Part shown: piece after piece, positions 47,707-60,849 of the stretch | How the letters are laid out: every line of letters begins with the position of its first letter | How positions within the stretch are numbered: the first letter of the stretch is position 1 | Assembly: GCA_048013815.1 (NCBI GenBank) | Contig: CM106586.1 | Coordinates: forward strand, 14,942,001-15,006,000 | DNA length: 64,000 bases | Source of the DNA: Setoptus koraiensis | Lineage: Eukaryota; Animalia; Arthropoda | Direction of reading: 5' to 3' | Notes under the pieces: model-generated | Seen by the model: only the letters and a program-made list of their open reading frames with translations | What the model was told of the DNA's origin: nothing | The model's database searches: none | Position numbers and translations under genes: made by a program

Positions 47707-49163
47707 TTATGATGCGAAATGTAGGATCAATATAATGCCAGATATAATCCATCCAACCAGCTACACAAGAGATTTGTGATGAAAGACAAAATACAAAGTC
47801 AGTCTGTTGTAGTGATGTGATCACTCGGAAATATTTCTTACATTTTTACCAACCATTGGCAAGTTTTCGAGTGTCACTGGATATCTAGCTGCGATCAGAA
47901 ATGCGGTGTTCTGGACATCTCCTAGATCATCCGTTACAATCATCAATTGCTGTACGTTCCAGGGAGTCATGAACGACTGATGAATTAGCAGATTCTGTAT
48001 AGCGTGATATATTTTTGTGAACTATGATTGAGAATCAAAAGAGCGAGGTTTGAAGTTTTCCGTAAGATGAACATTGTCAAGTTGCTTCGATTTCCGATTC
48101 AAAGGGTGATGTTCAATAGGTTTAAAGCTTGTGCAAGCATACTGACCTTGCTATGGATAACACCAACAGTGAAGCTTATATACACAACAGGAAACGAAAA
48201 ACCAAGAAAAAGAGAACTTAATGCCGGAAATTCGGGTTCTTTAAAGCCTGGCATTCTCATGATGGTGGCAACAGTCAACATGACACAAGGCACCTTAAAG
48301 ATAATTTCCAAATTAAGATAGTCGCTGAAGTTTCGCTTTAATTGACCAAAATCGTTGCGCAACTCGGTTACCATTTCTATAAGGGTATCAACATGGCCGG
48401 ATATGTCAATCGAATTCTCAGTTTTGTTCCTTAAGACTAAAGCATCGACTGGATAGTATCCGGAATGGAACAATATTCCAGCATGATAGTCGAAAGTCTT
48501 GTCGTCAACGGCGACCAATATTTTCATTCCATTGTTGTAAATTCTAGTTTGCTTACGATAGAGTTCATTCAATTCTCTGGCGAATCCCAGTGTACACTTT
48601 GCTTTGCTAAAACAGACAAAACAATTTAGGATGAATGGTGCAACGTCTAGAAATAGAAAGATTGTTATAAGTATCGAGATAATGCCAAGAAAAAAAGAAA
48701 CGAGGCGCTCTCTCACGAATAGTATCATGGAATCTTGATATTTATAATAATCCGTCAATATCAATATAGGAAAAATTGCCACATCCGAGATATAAAATAG
48801 CGTTAACCACCCGACAAACACCCAATGAGCTAAAAATCTCAGTGACGCTTTATCGACCATGTGAGGACTGCCTTTTATCAGAAAGTGTTTGGGAAATTTA
48901 AGCTGATAATTGATCTCCCGAAAATCATCGTTGAAATCAAACAATATTTTTCCACGCTCCGCCCGTCCTGCGTTGTTCGAATTTCCGATCGTTTCCGCCT
49001 TGTTATCACACACACCTCTATAGCTAGTCCCACCAATATACGGTCTTTCAGATTTATGGTAACCGAAATTACTTTCGGTGCGATTAAATATGTCGCTTTT
49101 CTTCTCTTGTGACATCTCAAATCCTCCAGGTTTTGATCCTCGGGGGATCCCAAAATGTGTCAC
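47707..49163 (-). CDS. GR-like copy C, 5'-incomplete: complement(join(47707..47760,47842..48021,48147..>49160))
   Basis: Open from MSQEKKSDIF to VGVIHSK, then FTKIYHAIQNLLIHQSF...LPMVGKN, then LVGWIISGIILILHFAS*. Intron positions match copy A. The apparent stop at 48099 falls inside the 125-nt intron. Confidence 0.75.
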
Positions 49164-52100
49164 TAAATGGTCCCCCCGAATTCACCTGGTATATACTGAA
49201 CACACACACCCAGAGGGTGCGGGGGGGAGGGGGGGGCGGGTGGGGGGGAGGGCGGTGGGGGAGGGGGGTAGGGGCGGGGGAGGCGGATGGGGGTCGGGGG
49301 GGGGGGTGGGGAGACCATCGCACGTGAGGGGGGGGGGGGGGGGGGGGGCGTGATAATCGAGTCTGACCAATCTGCTACTACTTCACATACATGTCTTACG
49401 CAAGCTCTGTCTCGAATCAGTGGACGCACATGGTATATAAGCCAGGCATCGTGGAGAAGCTTAGATGCTTTATCAAATGTCAATCGAAATAATGTCATAT
49501 TACATAATCAATAACTGTCTGGGCCGATATTTGCTCACTACTTCTCTACAAACAGAATTATTTCTGACACGGAAAATGTAAGTTTCAAATCAGAAGTATA
49601 TGCTGCGATTCTGTCCACCAGGGACGTTGAGAGCAGTATTTATTAATATAAACTGCAAGAAATGTCGTTCAGCATTATCATATTCTCATCTATCCAACAT
49701 TACCTTCCTGCATCGTACACTCGCTCTCATTACAAAATCAATACTAAATGAAATTACATCCATCAGAATAAATTCAATGACAATCAACATAACTACTACT
49801 CCATGGCAACGAGCGACAAATAATTATGGTTTGTCGGTCTATATCCACGTGTAACTCGACAAAACAAACCTCTACTTACTACAGGCATTATAATATCATA
49901 TCTTGTGGTTCCTCTTGTTAACTGTACTGTATCTCAGCACGACCTGAATCTATTCTTACTTGCAGTTCCACTTGCATACCAGGGGGCGAGGCAATCTTCA
50001 CAAGTAGAACAACTGACCCAACTTGCACAGCCAGAAATGAAGCAGCGCAAAGAACTTTTCAACTCGGTATAACACATCCTGATTGTATCATACTCTTTCA
50101 GTAAAGGTGTGGTTGGTGCGATCATCGCCCACGTGTGCGCTTACTACCTATAGGATAGGAAATTGAAGACTAACAAGAGCCTAAACCACTATCGACTGTA
50201 ACATACGGTCTAAAAGCACTTTAACGACTAACACTCACAAAAGAAGGCCCAATAATATTATATATGTGGTAGTCTGAACATAGCCCCACCCCCCCATCGC
50301 TCCCCCCAAGATAATTTCCCACCCACCACACACACACCCACAACATTGACGCGTCGCACTAGGATTTCGTTGGCAGTCTTTCTCTCCCTATCTAGAGAAA
50401 TCACGTGCCAACATTTTGTAAGTGTTTTATCATATTAGATTTGCCGAAGAATTGTGCGCCTTATTTCCGTACCAACAGCCGACGACACAGTCTAATGAAG
50501 GCAACAGGTGAGCTAGCACGTCAATTTTTATTGATATTGTCAGTGATTTTTCAGGACCCAGAGCCTCGTCCGCGGCAGCAGCACCCAACGGTTTCCAACA
50601 TTCTCAGCATGTTTCCTTTGGTTGAAGAAGTGATTCAGTCTCGGAACTACCACGATCAATTCTTATGATTATATATAAAGGCATATAGAAAGAGTAGCTC
50701 ATCAACACAGTGGGCTACTTAGCAGGCTAGGCGGGGGCCGGTAGCCCGGGAAACGCCCTCTCGAGGAATTGCTCCAGCATCATGGCAGTAAGGCGACCTC
50801 ATACGTCACGCAGCTTTCTTGGCGTCTAAATATAATCGCCTCATCCAAATATATCTCAAATAGTATATAGCGCTCTCCGTAATCTTAACGCTATATACGT
50901 AGGAATGATCATACGACTCTATATACTAGCATACATGCTACAAAAACTATCTGCAAAGTCCATCACGCAGGCTTGGCTTCACACATGTATTGGATACACC
51001 AAGATAATATACACTACTAAGAGAGGTGTGGCTATAACTCTCCCAACTCCTATCTCTAAGCTCAATACTCCTCTAGACCGATTCGGCAGGATACCCAAAT
51101 TTCGTACTCGGCACCGATACAAGAACCACATAATAAATTGCACTCTGACGCCTGAGCAGTTGTAAAGCCTCGGACAAAGTGAGGCAGAGTCACCTCTCGA
51201 GATTGAGCGGTCAGATTAGGACATACACTCCGTAGAGCGCAAATATACTCAGTATCGCGAATAAATGCAACTAGCTTATATGGAAGGGAGGACATATTGT
51301 AGTATTTACAATGATATAAGTTATATACAATTGAATGTTAGTGCTAGACGGTTCGTGGATATGCCTACCGTATTGTACTCCATCTGCCTACTTCCGCTAC
51401 GTGTAACGTGTGACCTATCAGAGAGTTTCTCCTCTTCTGCTATTTGGACCCAACGATAGCCAAATCGTTGGCTAAATGCTTTGCAGCTATGCACCACCCG
51501 TGACAAAGGCTACCAAGATCAGCGCGACAGTGATTATATATTGACGAGGTCGCATCCCCGCTTAAAGAGGCTTTCCAAGACATGGTTCTGATAGTTTGGC
51601 GTCGATTCCTCATACATATTTATCAAGCCGAATTGTAGGCATCTAATCCATTCTATGTCAATATAATCACATACCAACTACTCTTGCGCAGCGAATTTAG
51701 TGAATGATAGACACAAAGAGAGATGAGTAGTTCTATGATCCCGCAACGTGCTCAGTGAGAATTTCGGCTTTAATAAAGGGGATGCGGGGGTCTAAAACCA
51801 TCACAGCTCATAAGACACTGCTTTGTCTGAGCACTCGAGTAGCTCGTCAACTATAAGCGCAAACTCGGCAGATAGTCTCATGTGCATCCTTCCTAGATCA
51901 TACGATTATACAATTTCAGCCATTGCCATCGCTTCAGGTTCTCAATGAACGTCGTCGATGTTCCAGCAGATCTGTTAAGGCTTAGATAACATCAACAAGT
52001 ACAAATCATTTTTATTTATTGAGCTAGCAATAGATTCATTACAGGATGCAAGCGATTTAGACAAGTCCCAGGTATAGTCAGATGCAAGATGTTACAAGTG

Positions 52101-54942
52101 TGCTTCAGATTCTACTACGCTTTAGAAACAGCGTAGAATAGGCTAATTCCTATAGGTTTAGTCCACAAGCTTGTAGCCAAGACATAAATACTGGAGAACC
52201 TTGCTATAGGTAATCACCAACCAGTTGCTAACTATATTCTACATTACACTTACCCCACGGCGATGCCCAGTATTCGAAGAAAAGTAGACGACAACCACTA
52301 AATGCTCCAGCAATGAATTCTTTACACAATCATCCCGCATCTCCTATATAACGATCAAACTAGCCAATGGCCTCATCATTGACCAACAGGTTCACATCTT
52401 GAACACACATAACAGGTCCCGAAATAAACTCAGTACGTTTACTTGACCATCATTTACGCTTCAAATCGTTCGAAATAACAGTTGCCGCAAACACCATGTT
52501 CACGCATCTATAGGACTTCATGACATAGGTAAATAATGTACATCGAATCTGCACTAACAACATTTTATCCCTCAATCGTAACTTACAGCAGTAATTAACG
52601 AATCTCAGCGTCCACACACTACTGAATTGTTTTCTGCATTTACCAACAGATGCCCAACTCAGTCATGTACAGACCTAAGATCCACTCTCTGGCAAGTCAC
52701 TCGCTCTTACCACGCCTGCTTAGAAAACTTGATTAACCTACATCTACAACAATATCGTTAAACACTCTCCGAAAGCAAGACTACGTCAAAATCATGCATT
52801 ATGATTCTTGTACTCGCAAATGATGTAGCACTCCACAGCCACGGCCATACTCGTTCAAGAGAATTTCTTCGTCAATCCACAATCACCCCACATCATATCT
52901 TCACTCATATCATGCTGGCCTGAATCTCCAGTTACTAGTACTAACGTCGACCGTGACATGGCCAAAAACGAAGTCTAGAAGTTCTATTAAGTAACGCCCG
53001 ATTAGCGCACTCGGATAGATCAACTAACGATTCGTTTCACATGTTTTTTCTGTATCGTATCGCCTTCGGGATGGGGAGGCAGGGGGGGGGGGGGCCATCG
53101 ACACGGGTTGTAATCTTTGGGGGGGGGGGGGGTCTGGTGGTCCATCTGTTGTTGAAGAGTGAATGACGTAGAGGAAATTTAGCTCTTGTCGGTTATCTCT
53201 GGAAACCGATATCGTCGCCAGTTTAGTAAGAGATAAGTCTATTTGAATCATAAGTCAAGTTGTAATAGACTAACTCGCGGAATACGTACCAAGTACTCGC
53301 AACTCGTCCCAACAACGCAATGCACAACTATTTAACAGTCTTACCTAATGAAATCCTAACATCCATGAGCGCGTTACTCCTATTCCACGTCACGGAGGTG
53401 AAGCTTCTGACCCATCTACACTGTCCGAGGCGCCTACCAAAATCATCACACTATTAAACGTAAATTGTCGGATAAACTGCAGCGCGCCACATAACTCACG
53501 GCACTGTTGCTCTCGATCAAATCATCGTTAAAGTGTATAGTCTGCTTATTTTAAGAGGGTGGGTACGTACGATACACAGAAGAGTTAAGGTAGTTCTGCG
53601 ACATTCTCACTTGATAATGCTCTGATGATCTTTTATTTGCCTGGCGATCGAATCCCTTATTCCGTTGGCTTCGTCGGCTGCGCGGTGGTACGCCGATTGG
53701 AAAAGCTAATCTCCTCTATTCGCCTTCGCGTGACCGTTCATTCTACTCGCCATAAACCCTCCGTCGTCGCATGTCGACAGTGTCTATGGATTGTGATATT
53801 ATTGAAAAGGGGGGGGGGGGTGGTCGCGGTTGTGAGTTAGTTGTGGTGGGTGATTGGAGGTGGTTTAGGGTCAGATATGGATGGTGAGGGGTAAAACAGT
53901 TAATTATTCTTAATATTTATAATATTATTTGAAAAAATAAAATTTTTAATATAGTTGTGATATGTATGGAGGTTAAAGTTCGTTGTTAATATTAGTATCT
54001 TTACAGTTTGTATGATTTGATAAGATGATCGTTGAGAATATTATTCTGATTTATTGAGTTTGTTGATGGTGTATATGTTAGAGGTTAGATGTTGGGTAAG
54101 TTGTAGTTGAGTGAAGAGTGGGTATTAGATATCACTATAACTAGAAATATAAGGATCAAGTCTGTGAGGGGGGGGAATTTTTGTTGAGAAGATTGACGGG
54201 TAATATTTAGGCTTGTGTGATTATGTCTTTGAGGATATTACGCTGATGTCCTAGTAGACTGAAGGGTCGTAAATAAGAGTTATGTTTAATCGTGTTCATA
54301 TCTATATGTAAATATGGTTGAGCATTTTTTCTGCACATATTCTAGCATTATGGACTGATGTGTATATTGGTTCAACAGAGGGGGAAGGTGTCATGGAGTT
54401 GGGGTTTGTAGAAGAGGATGATGTTGTGTGTTGATGCTGAGAGTGTGTTGAGGGGAGGTGTGGAGTTGGAGGGTGGGTTTGAAGAGAAGACAGATTTTTA
54501 GAACTTTCGAATAATTCTTTATGCACATCACATCGACAGCAAATTCCTGAACCATTGACAATGTACAAATAATAATATTAAAGTGGAAAAAGAACCAACC
54601 TGTATCTGATCTATTTACTCTCATTGTCATAAAGTAATGAATAACCTCTACAAAATTAATTTGGAGGACTGAAAAAGCTGATGACGATCCGGGTCCAAAA
54701 TTCAAACACTTACAACTTCGAAATGGAACATCTGAAGACGAAAATTCTAAAAACAACATCTTTTTGCATCTTTTTTCATCCCGCGCCGCTCCAATCATAT
54801 TCCGACTGAGTGCGTCCTTTGACGGTGAAAGTTGTTTGGTCCTCTTTTTTTTCCGTGTCTTATTTGCACTTACATGGCTGAGTAACACGACCTATCTTAT
54901 ATTCTCTTCTAGTATCTCTATCTGTTATATGGACAAACAAAT
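49164..54942. other. Probable low-quality or mis-assembled segment containing indel-riddled remnants of the copy C 5' end (~49480-49925 and ~54490-54900) split by ~4.6 kb of unidentifiable sequence
   Basis: Long G and C homopolymer tracts, abrupt strand-composition switches and no credible ORF. The flanks align colinearly with 45800-46450 but with many small indels. The segment abuts an N gap. Confidence 0.65.
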
Positions 54943-55442
54943 NNNNNNNNNNNNNNNNNNNNNNNNNNNNNNNNNNNNNNNNNNNNNNNNNNNNNNNNNN
55001 NNNNNNNNNNNNNNNNNNNNNNNNNNNNNNNNNNNNNNNNNNNNNNNNNNNNNNNNNNNNNNNNNNNNNNNNNNNNNNNNNNNNNNNNNNNNNNNNNNNN
55101 NNNNNNNNNNNNNNNNNNNNNNNNNNNNNNNNNNNNNNNNNNNNNNNNNNNNNNNNNNNNNNNNNNNNNNNNNNNNNNNNNNNNNNNNNNNNNNNNNNNN
55201 NNNNNNNNNNNNNNNNNNNNNNNNNNNNNNNNNNNNNNNNNNNNNNNNNNNNNNNNNNNNNNNNNNNNNNNNNNNNNNNNNNNNNNNNNNNNNNNNNNNN
55301 NNNNNNNNNNNNNNNNNNNNNNNNNNNNNNNNNNNNNNNNNNNNNNNNNNNNNNNNNNNNNNNNNNNNNNNNNNNNNNNNNNNNNNNNNNNNNNNNNNNN
55401 NNNNNNNNNNNNNNNNNNNNNNNNNNNNNNNNNNNNNNNNNN
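54943..55442. other. Assembly gap (500 N)
   Basis: Run of N. Confidence 0.99.
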
Positions 55443-56116
55443 TGGTAACGGCAGAGAAAAGACAGACACTGTTCGCTGTTTTGTGTTATTATTAGCCATT
55501 AGTTAGTTAGTACCTGCAGCTCTCCGAGTCTCCAAAAGGTATGACAATAATAGATAAGGTGATAAGATATTATAACTACTACATTTGATTCAAAATACAA
55601 GGGGCCACAGTCATAGATAGTGTCTCAAGCACTGTATGTGTGTGTGTGTGTGTGTGAAAAGATACTATTTAGTAAATCTTGTGAAAGTCAGTGTGTACTT
55701 GAAAAACTGGACTGGAAAGTATGACAATGAACACTCAACAATTATGAATCATGTAACAACAACAAATCGTCTTATTTGAACAATATTTTCAATATGGCAC
55801 TCACTTGTTGTTGCTGTTGTAAGCTTGATGATTAAAAAGATTCTAATTTATATTAATCTAATGAGAACTACTACTTTTATCATTATTACTGATATCTCCT
55901 TGATAAAACGAAACGCAATGCAACAATTTGGTATTACTGGCAACACCTTCGGCACATTCAAAAACAATTCATGATCACGCTGATGTAACAATTTGCCATT
56001 GCTTATTGTTGTGGTCGTTGTTGTTGTCATGGTCGCCTTGTATGATGACATAACACCAACCTAACAACAATTGCAACAACTACAACGAAACATGTTATTC
56101 AACTTGTTTCACACAG

Positions 56117-57314
56117 AATTCAATTCTCGTCCTTTACGGGCCTATTATTGGTACTACAGCTACCTGATGGTCTTGAGCCTCTATTGTCAACAGGAAACTC
56201 TAAGGATATACCTTCATTGTATAAAAGATATTTATCAACAATTATCCATGTCAGAAGCTGGTACGAGGATGATATATTTGATCCTGATTCGAAGGCCTAT
56301 AAATCCATGCGCCAGGTAAGATCTATGCATCGACGTGTAGGCATGATAATGAATGAAAAATTTCAAGTTCCAGCTTATGGTGGCAAACAACGAGTCTGGC
56401 TCAATCAATATGACATGGCAATGACACAATTCGCTTTTATTGGCTTGGCCATGATTTATCCAAAGAGGAGTGGCCTAGTGGCAGCCAGCATTGACGAATT
56501 AGAATCAATCAATTATTATTGGCGCGTTTTGGGCCATTGTATGGGCATCAAGGACGAGTTTAATTTGTGCAAGTTTGACACATACAACGAAATCTGTCAA
56601 GTTAATAAGCTATTGTTCGAGGAGGAATACAAGAATGTGCTTGAGACACAATCATGTCAGATGGGCCTTGAGATGACGCAGGGCATCTGTGAGGCATTAC
56701 ATTTTTATATGCCGCTGTTGACATTCAACAATTTGGCTCATTGGTGGAGCGATTGTTTTCATTTTAACGGTTACGACCCACAACCGCAGAGTTTGAAAGA
56801 GAAAATACTGGCCACATGGATGAAATTATCTTTTGATCACCTGCTCAATTATCCGTCGCTTTTGATACCATTCGCCAAGTTGCACAAGAGACAATTTTCA
56901 AGAAGATTGCGAAAGAAGGATGCAGTGTATGAAAAATTGGTTGAGAAATGCAAACAGGACAAGCAAGAGTTTAAATTTGTCAGCGACAGGTGCGATTATC
57001 TGAAGAAAACAACGGCATTATCGTGCCCCTTCCGTGTTGACACAGCCTATGCTACCCATTTTGAGTCAACTCAAATTAAATCCAATGATGCCCAAGTGAC
57101 TGATCAAGGTGACTCCAGCCAAGACAGCCAGGCCAACGGTACTAGTGATGAGAAACAAGTAAGCGATTTGAATGGTAACAAGCCCGATGGTCAGGCGGAA
57201 TCGATGATGGTAAAACAACCAATTAACATGACCACTACCAATTCGGAACAGCAAGCAACAGAGAATCATGAGTCCTATCCTATCATGGTGGCTCCACCAA
57301 TCGTTGCATGCTAA
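56117..57314 (+). CDS. ER-bound oxygenase mpaB/DUF2236 (rubber-oxygenase-like) domain protein; large 3' exon, 5' exon(s) not identified
   Basis: RYLSTIIHVRSWYEDDIFDPDSKAYKSMRQVRSMH, LNQYDMAMTQFAFIG, YYWRVLGHCMGIKDEFNLC. The frame extends upstream to an acceptor tttcacacag| at 56116 (IQFSSFTGLLLVLQLP). Confidence 0.85.
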
Positions 57315-60121
57315 CTTTTTGGTTGTTTCTTGGCCAACTTTTGGTAACCAGACCTTTCTACTAGATGATACTAGACTGACCATATTTAAACAACCATATT
57401 GTTAATTAATATATGATATATGATAACTAAACTCTATTGGTGATGTATAAACAAATTCGACCAACACACATGGTCGAACAAAAACCAATACAATTACATT
57501 TTATGAATAATCTTAATCAAGAAACATTTTTGTGCACAATAAATAGATCAACACCAAAACAGTTTTTGCGCCATCCACGTAAGTTGTTTATAATATTGAT
57601 TGATTAGTTGATTGGTTAGTTGGCTAGTGAGGTGCGAAACCGAACCCTTTCTTCATAGGTCTATGTTGCCAGCAATTCCAACAGTTTGTCGCCTGAAAAA
57701 TGGTTTCCTTAGCAAGTGACAGGACAAATTTACTGGAGGAAGACAGTTTCAGAAGTATGAACGATTTAGATCTAATAGACATATAGGACGACAACTTCGT
57801 GGTGTCATTATAATTGACAGAAGCGAGAAGATTCCCGCTCAAAAGACTATATTGGATGCTCGCCTCATCTTAAAGCGATGTTTGCAAGTGACCCAAAAGA
57901 GTCTCTTGGGGAAAATATCGGATTGGAAGAAGTCGACAGAGAGGCAAAGGAATTTGTTATAAAACTTGCCTATATAGCACAAATGTATGGAAGAGTTGCT
58001 CTTTCTTATTATCCAAAGTACAAATTCAATATTTTGGATGCCGCAAAAAACAATTAGACGCGACAAGTCTTTGGTCAGTCACTTAGTGGCCGATAAATAC
58101 TCATGTCAGTCATCTTATCAAGCGGGAGGAGAGCTGGGTGGACGCTCCCACGATCATCACCGTATTTAAAAGTTTCCATTGACGCCAAAAAATCATTATG
58201 CGAACGAAAGAATATAGATGGCAGTCGTATCGCCAGTTTTGGTTTTAGGATATCTGTCCGATCTCAGTTTGGAAATAGTTTCACAATCGTTTATCAGATG
58301 ACAAAAATCTACCAGACTTCCAACTCAATTGGCTGCTTTATCACTAAATCAATATTGCCATATATGTTGCATCATCATGCTTCACTGAAGATGGTGATTG
58401 CTAGGGTGACATATCTGGCGACGATGAAGTTTTGTATCGTGAGCAAGTCAAATGGTGTGAACTCTAAAGATTTACATGATGGCGAATATTAATCTGTTTT
58501 GTAATTTCTAAAAATAAACCAAGAAAGATAATGCAAAAGATTTCAGTCGCACCAAATACAGATCGCAATCAGCGCTAGCAGTTTACGGTTTCAGTTCCCG
58601 GCGGAAGTCGAAAGTTTGCCTTTGTTCTCTATAATTCAGCCTGAAAATTGACTGCTCGGGAGAACAATCTCACTTCAGTCCACTCTACGAATAACCATGA
58701 AAATTGTCGGGAATCATCATATGATGATCATTTTGTCATTTGCCATCGTGATGGTGGCCTTATGAACAATCAAAAGCAAAACAACATCTATCATATACAA
58801 TAAAAATGTCGCCGTTGGCGCTACTTAACCAATTATTATTTTCGTCATCCTTGGTTACATGTACGCTACAGTTGCCCAGACTAGTAGACAGTAACGAGCT
58901 AGTTATATCAGAAATATCAAAGTAAGGCCACCCTATTTACGGAGAGAATGTCAGCTTATTTATGATGTCAAGTGCATCACATAAGATAATGGCGATTAGT
59001 CGAGCCAGAGGATTTACAATTATTTGATGGGCGAAATTGATTTCCGTTGCTGATTGGTATATCTGGTATCTCTTTAATATAAAACCTTAGCACACTTAAG
59101 ATATCACTACTTGAATCTAAGTATGGGTTTAATTAATGGAACGCTGAGACAGCTGTTTATCTATCTTGATTATAAAGAACAGGTGGGTGCCTGTCAAAGG
59201 AAAAGAGGGTTAATGAGTAAAAGAGACGGAGAGAATCGTCGTAGAGTTGCGAAGAGTAAGCTAGCGGCAATAGTTGTCGAAATATCTGCACTTTTGCCAG
59301 AGTTACCATTGTTGTTGTTGTTGCTGTTGCTGAGCATTCTTATCGGAAGATACAACGATGATAACGATGCTGCTAGTTACGAGATCAACAGGTGCACAAA
59401 GTTAATCTATCTATTGTTGTTGTTATTGTTTGTGCATAAGGAGAAAGTTTTAAGTGGCAGACTCACAATAGTTACACATCAGTTGTCAAGTAGTTAGTTG
59501 GTTGCAAGTTGATGATGTTGCCAACGATAAACGAAAATCTTCTTGATTGAGCCAGCCCGATGGGCTTTACTTTTTGTGTCACATGACTCAAATTTTTGCC
59601 TTTGCATTAGAATCAGTTGAGGCGAATAACAACAACAACACCGACGAGCCCTCTCATCGACACCTGCCTATATATAGTGTGTGTATTAGGAATGTGGCAA
59701 TGAAAAAAGCAAGTCCAAGTGTGCCGTTGTTGTTGTTGTTGTTGCACTAATTGCCACGACAACACATTTTGTCCATTTAGACACAGGTGTAAGTGTAAGA
59801 GGGTCTCATTACGTCACTCACTTTACGTAGGCAGTCACCCCGTAATAAATACATGTGACTATTATCACGATGCCTCTAGGCTACACACACACTCACACAT
59901 GAACTGTTTCTCTACAGAAATAGTCGCTCTCCATCTATTATTGACATAGCTCTGTGGATGCACTTTTTACAGCTGGACACTGCGTATCAGGACAATTTGT
60001 AACCAGACAGCATGTTTGGCTACCCAGTTGGCGTCTCTTTCTCTCCACAATGTGAAGTCCACATACAAGAGTTGTTTGTATGTGTGTGTGTGTGTGTGTG
60101 TTTATGCAATGGATGTCAATG

Positions 60122-60133
60122 CAACAACAACAA

Positions 60134-60180
<47 letters not shown>

Positions 60181-60207
60181 ACAACAACAACAGCAACAAC
60201 AGCAACA
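60122..60207 (+). repeat. (CAA/CAG)n opa-like trinucleotide tract
   Basis: About 29 CAA/CAG triplets, including a (CAACAG)n core. Confidence 0.9.
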
Positions 60208-60818
60208 AAAATGAATCATCTATCGTAAATCATAAGTCACCCTGTATCAGCTGCTTCTGTGTATGGTCGGTTTGGCCCTCAGCAATTTCGGCCATCTGTT
60301 CTTGGCTGGTCAGCTGCCAGCCGAAGTGTACAGCGCATAGTTACATAATTTTGGCGTGTACCAATCGCTCAATTGTTGGCCGCAACTGTAACAGGCCTTG
60401 CAAGCTTGTTGTTTTTGTGACCATAGTCTATAGGATCAGGTCAGGTGATATCCGTGCACGCGTCACTGTTCACGATAAGCAGCAATGTGTGTTTGTGTTG
60501 TGTAATTTCAGCTGTTCCTGGCCAGCAAGTATCAACAGAGCAGAGAGCAGAACATAACAGAGCTGCAACAACAACAACGACAACAACAACAACAACTGCC
60601 ATTGCCATTTCAACTGCTCGGTGGCCCGCTGCTTTCACAATGATGCTTGATCTCTTTGTGAGCCTCGGGCCAATACATATTATTGGCTTCTTTTATCAGG
60701 TTCCACTGCTGCATGTAGAGTCGTGCCATCAGGTGGCATTAAACAGCGTCTCTCTTCTTTTAGGCACCTGTCTCTATGTCAGGTGCTTTCAGGTAGGTCA
60801 CTTTGGTCGTCGTCGTCG

Positions 60819-60849
<31 letters not shown>

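Noticed and set aside
49078-49514. Pro- and Gly-rich ORFs and a G-quadruplex candidate
   Set aside because: They derive from poly-G runs in a region that looks like sequencing noise.
54764-55499. 243-aa and 193-aa ORFs spanning the gap
   Set aside because: Consist mostly of translated N.
58439-58461. GTGAGCAA..GGTGTG resembling miR-87
   Set aside because: The middle mismatches and no pairing arm was found.
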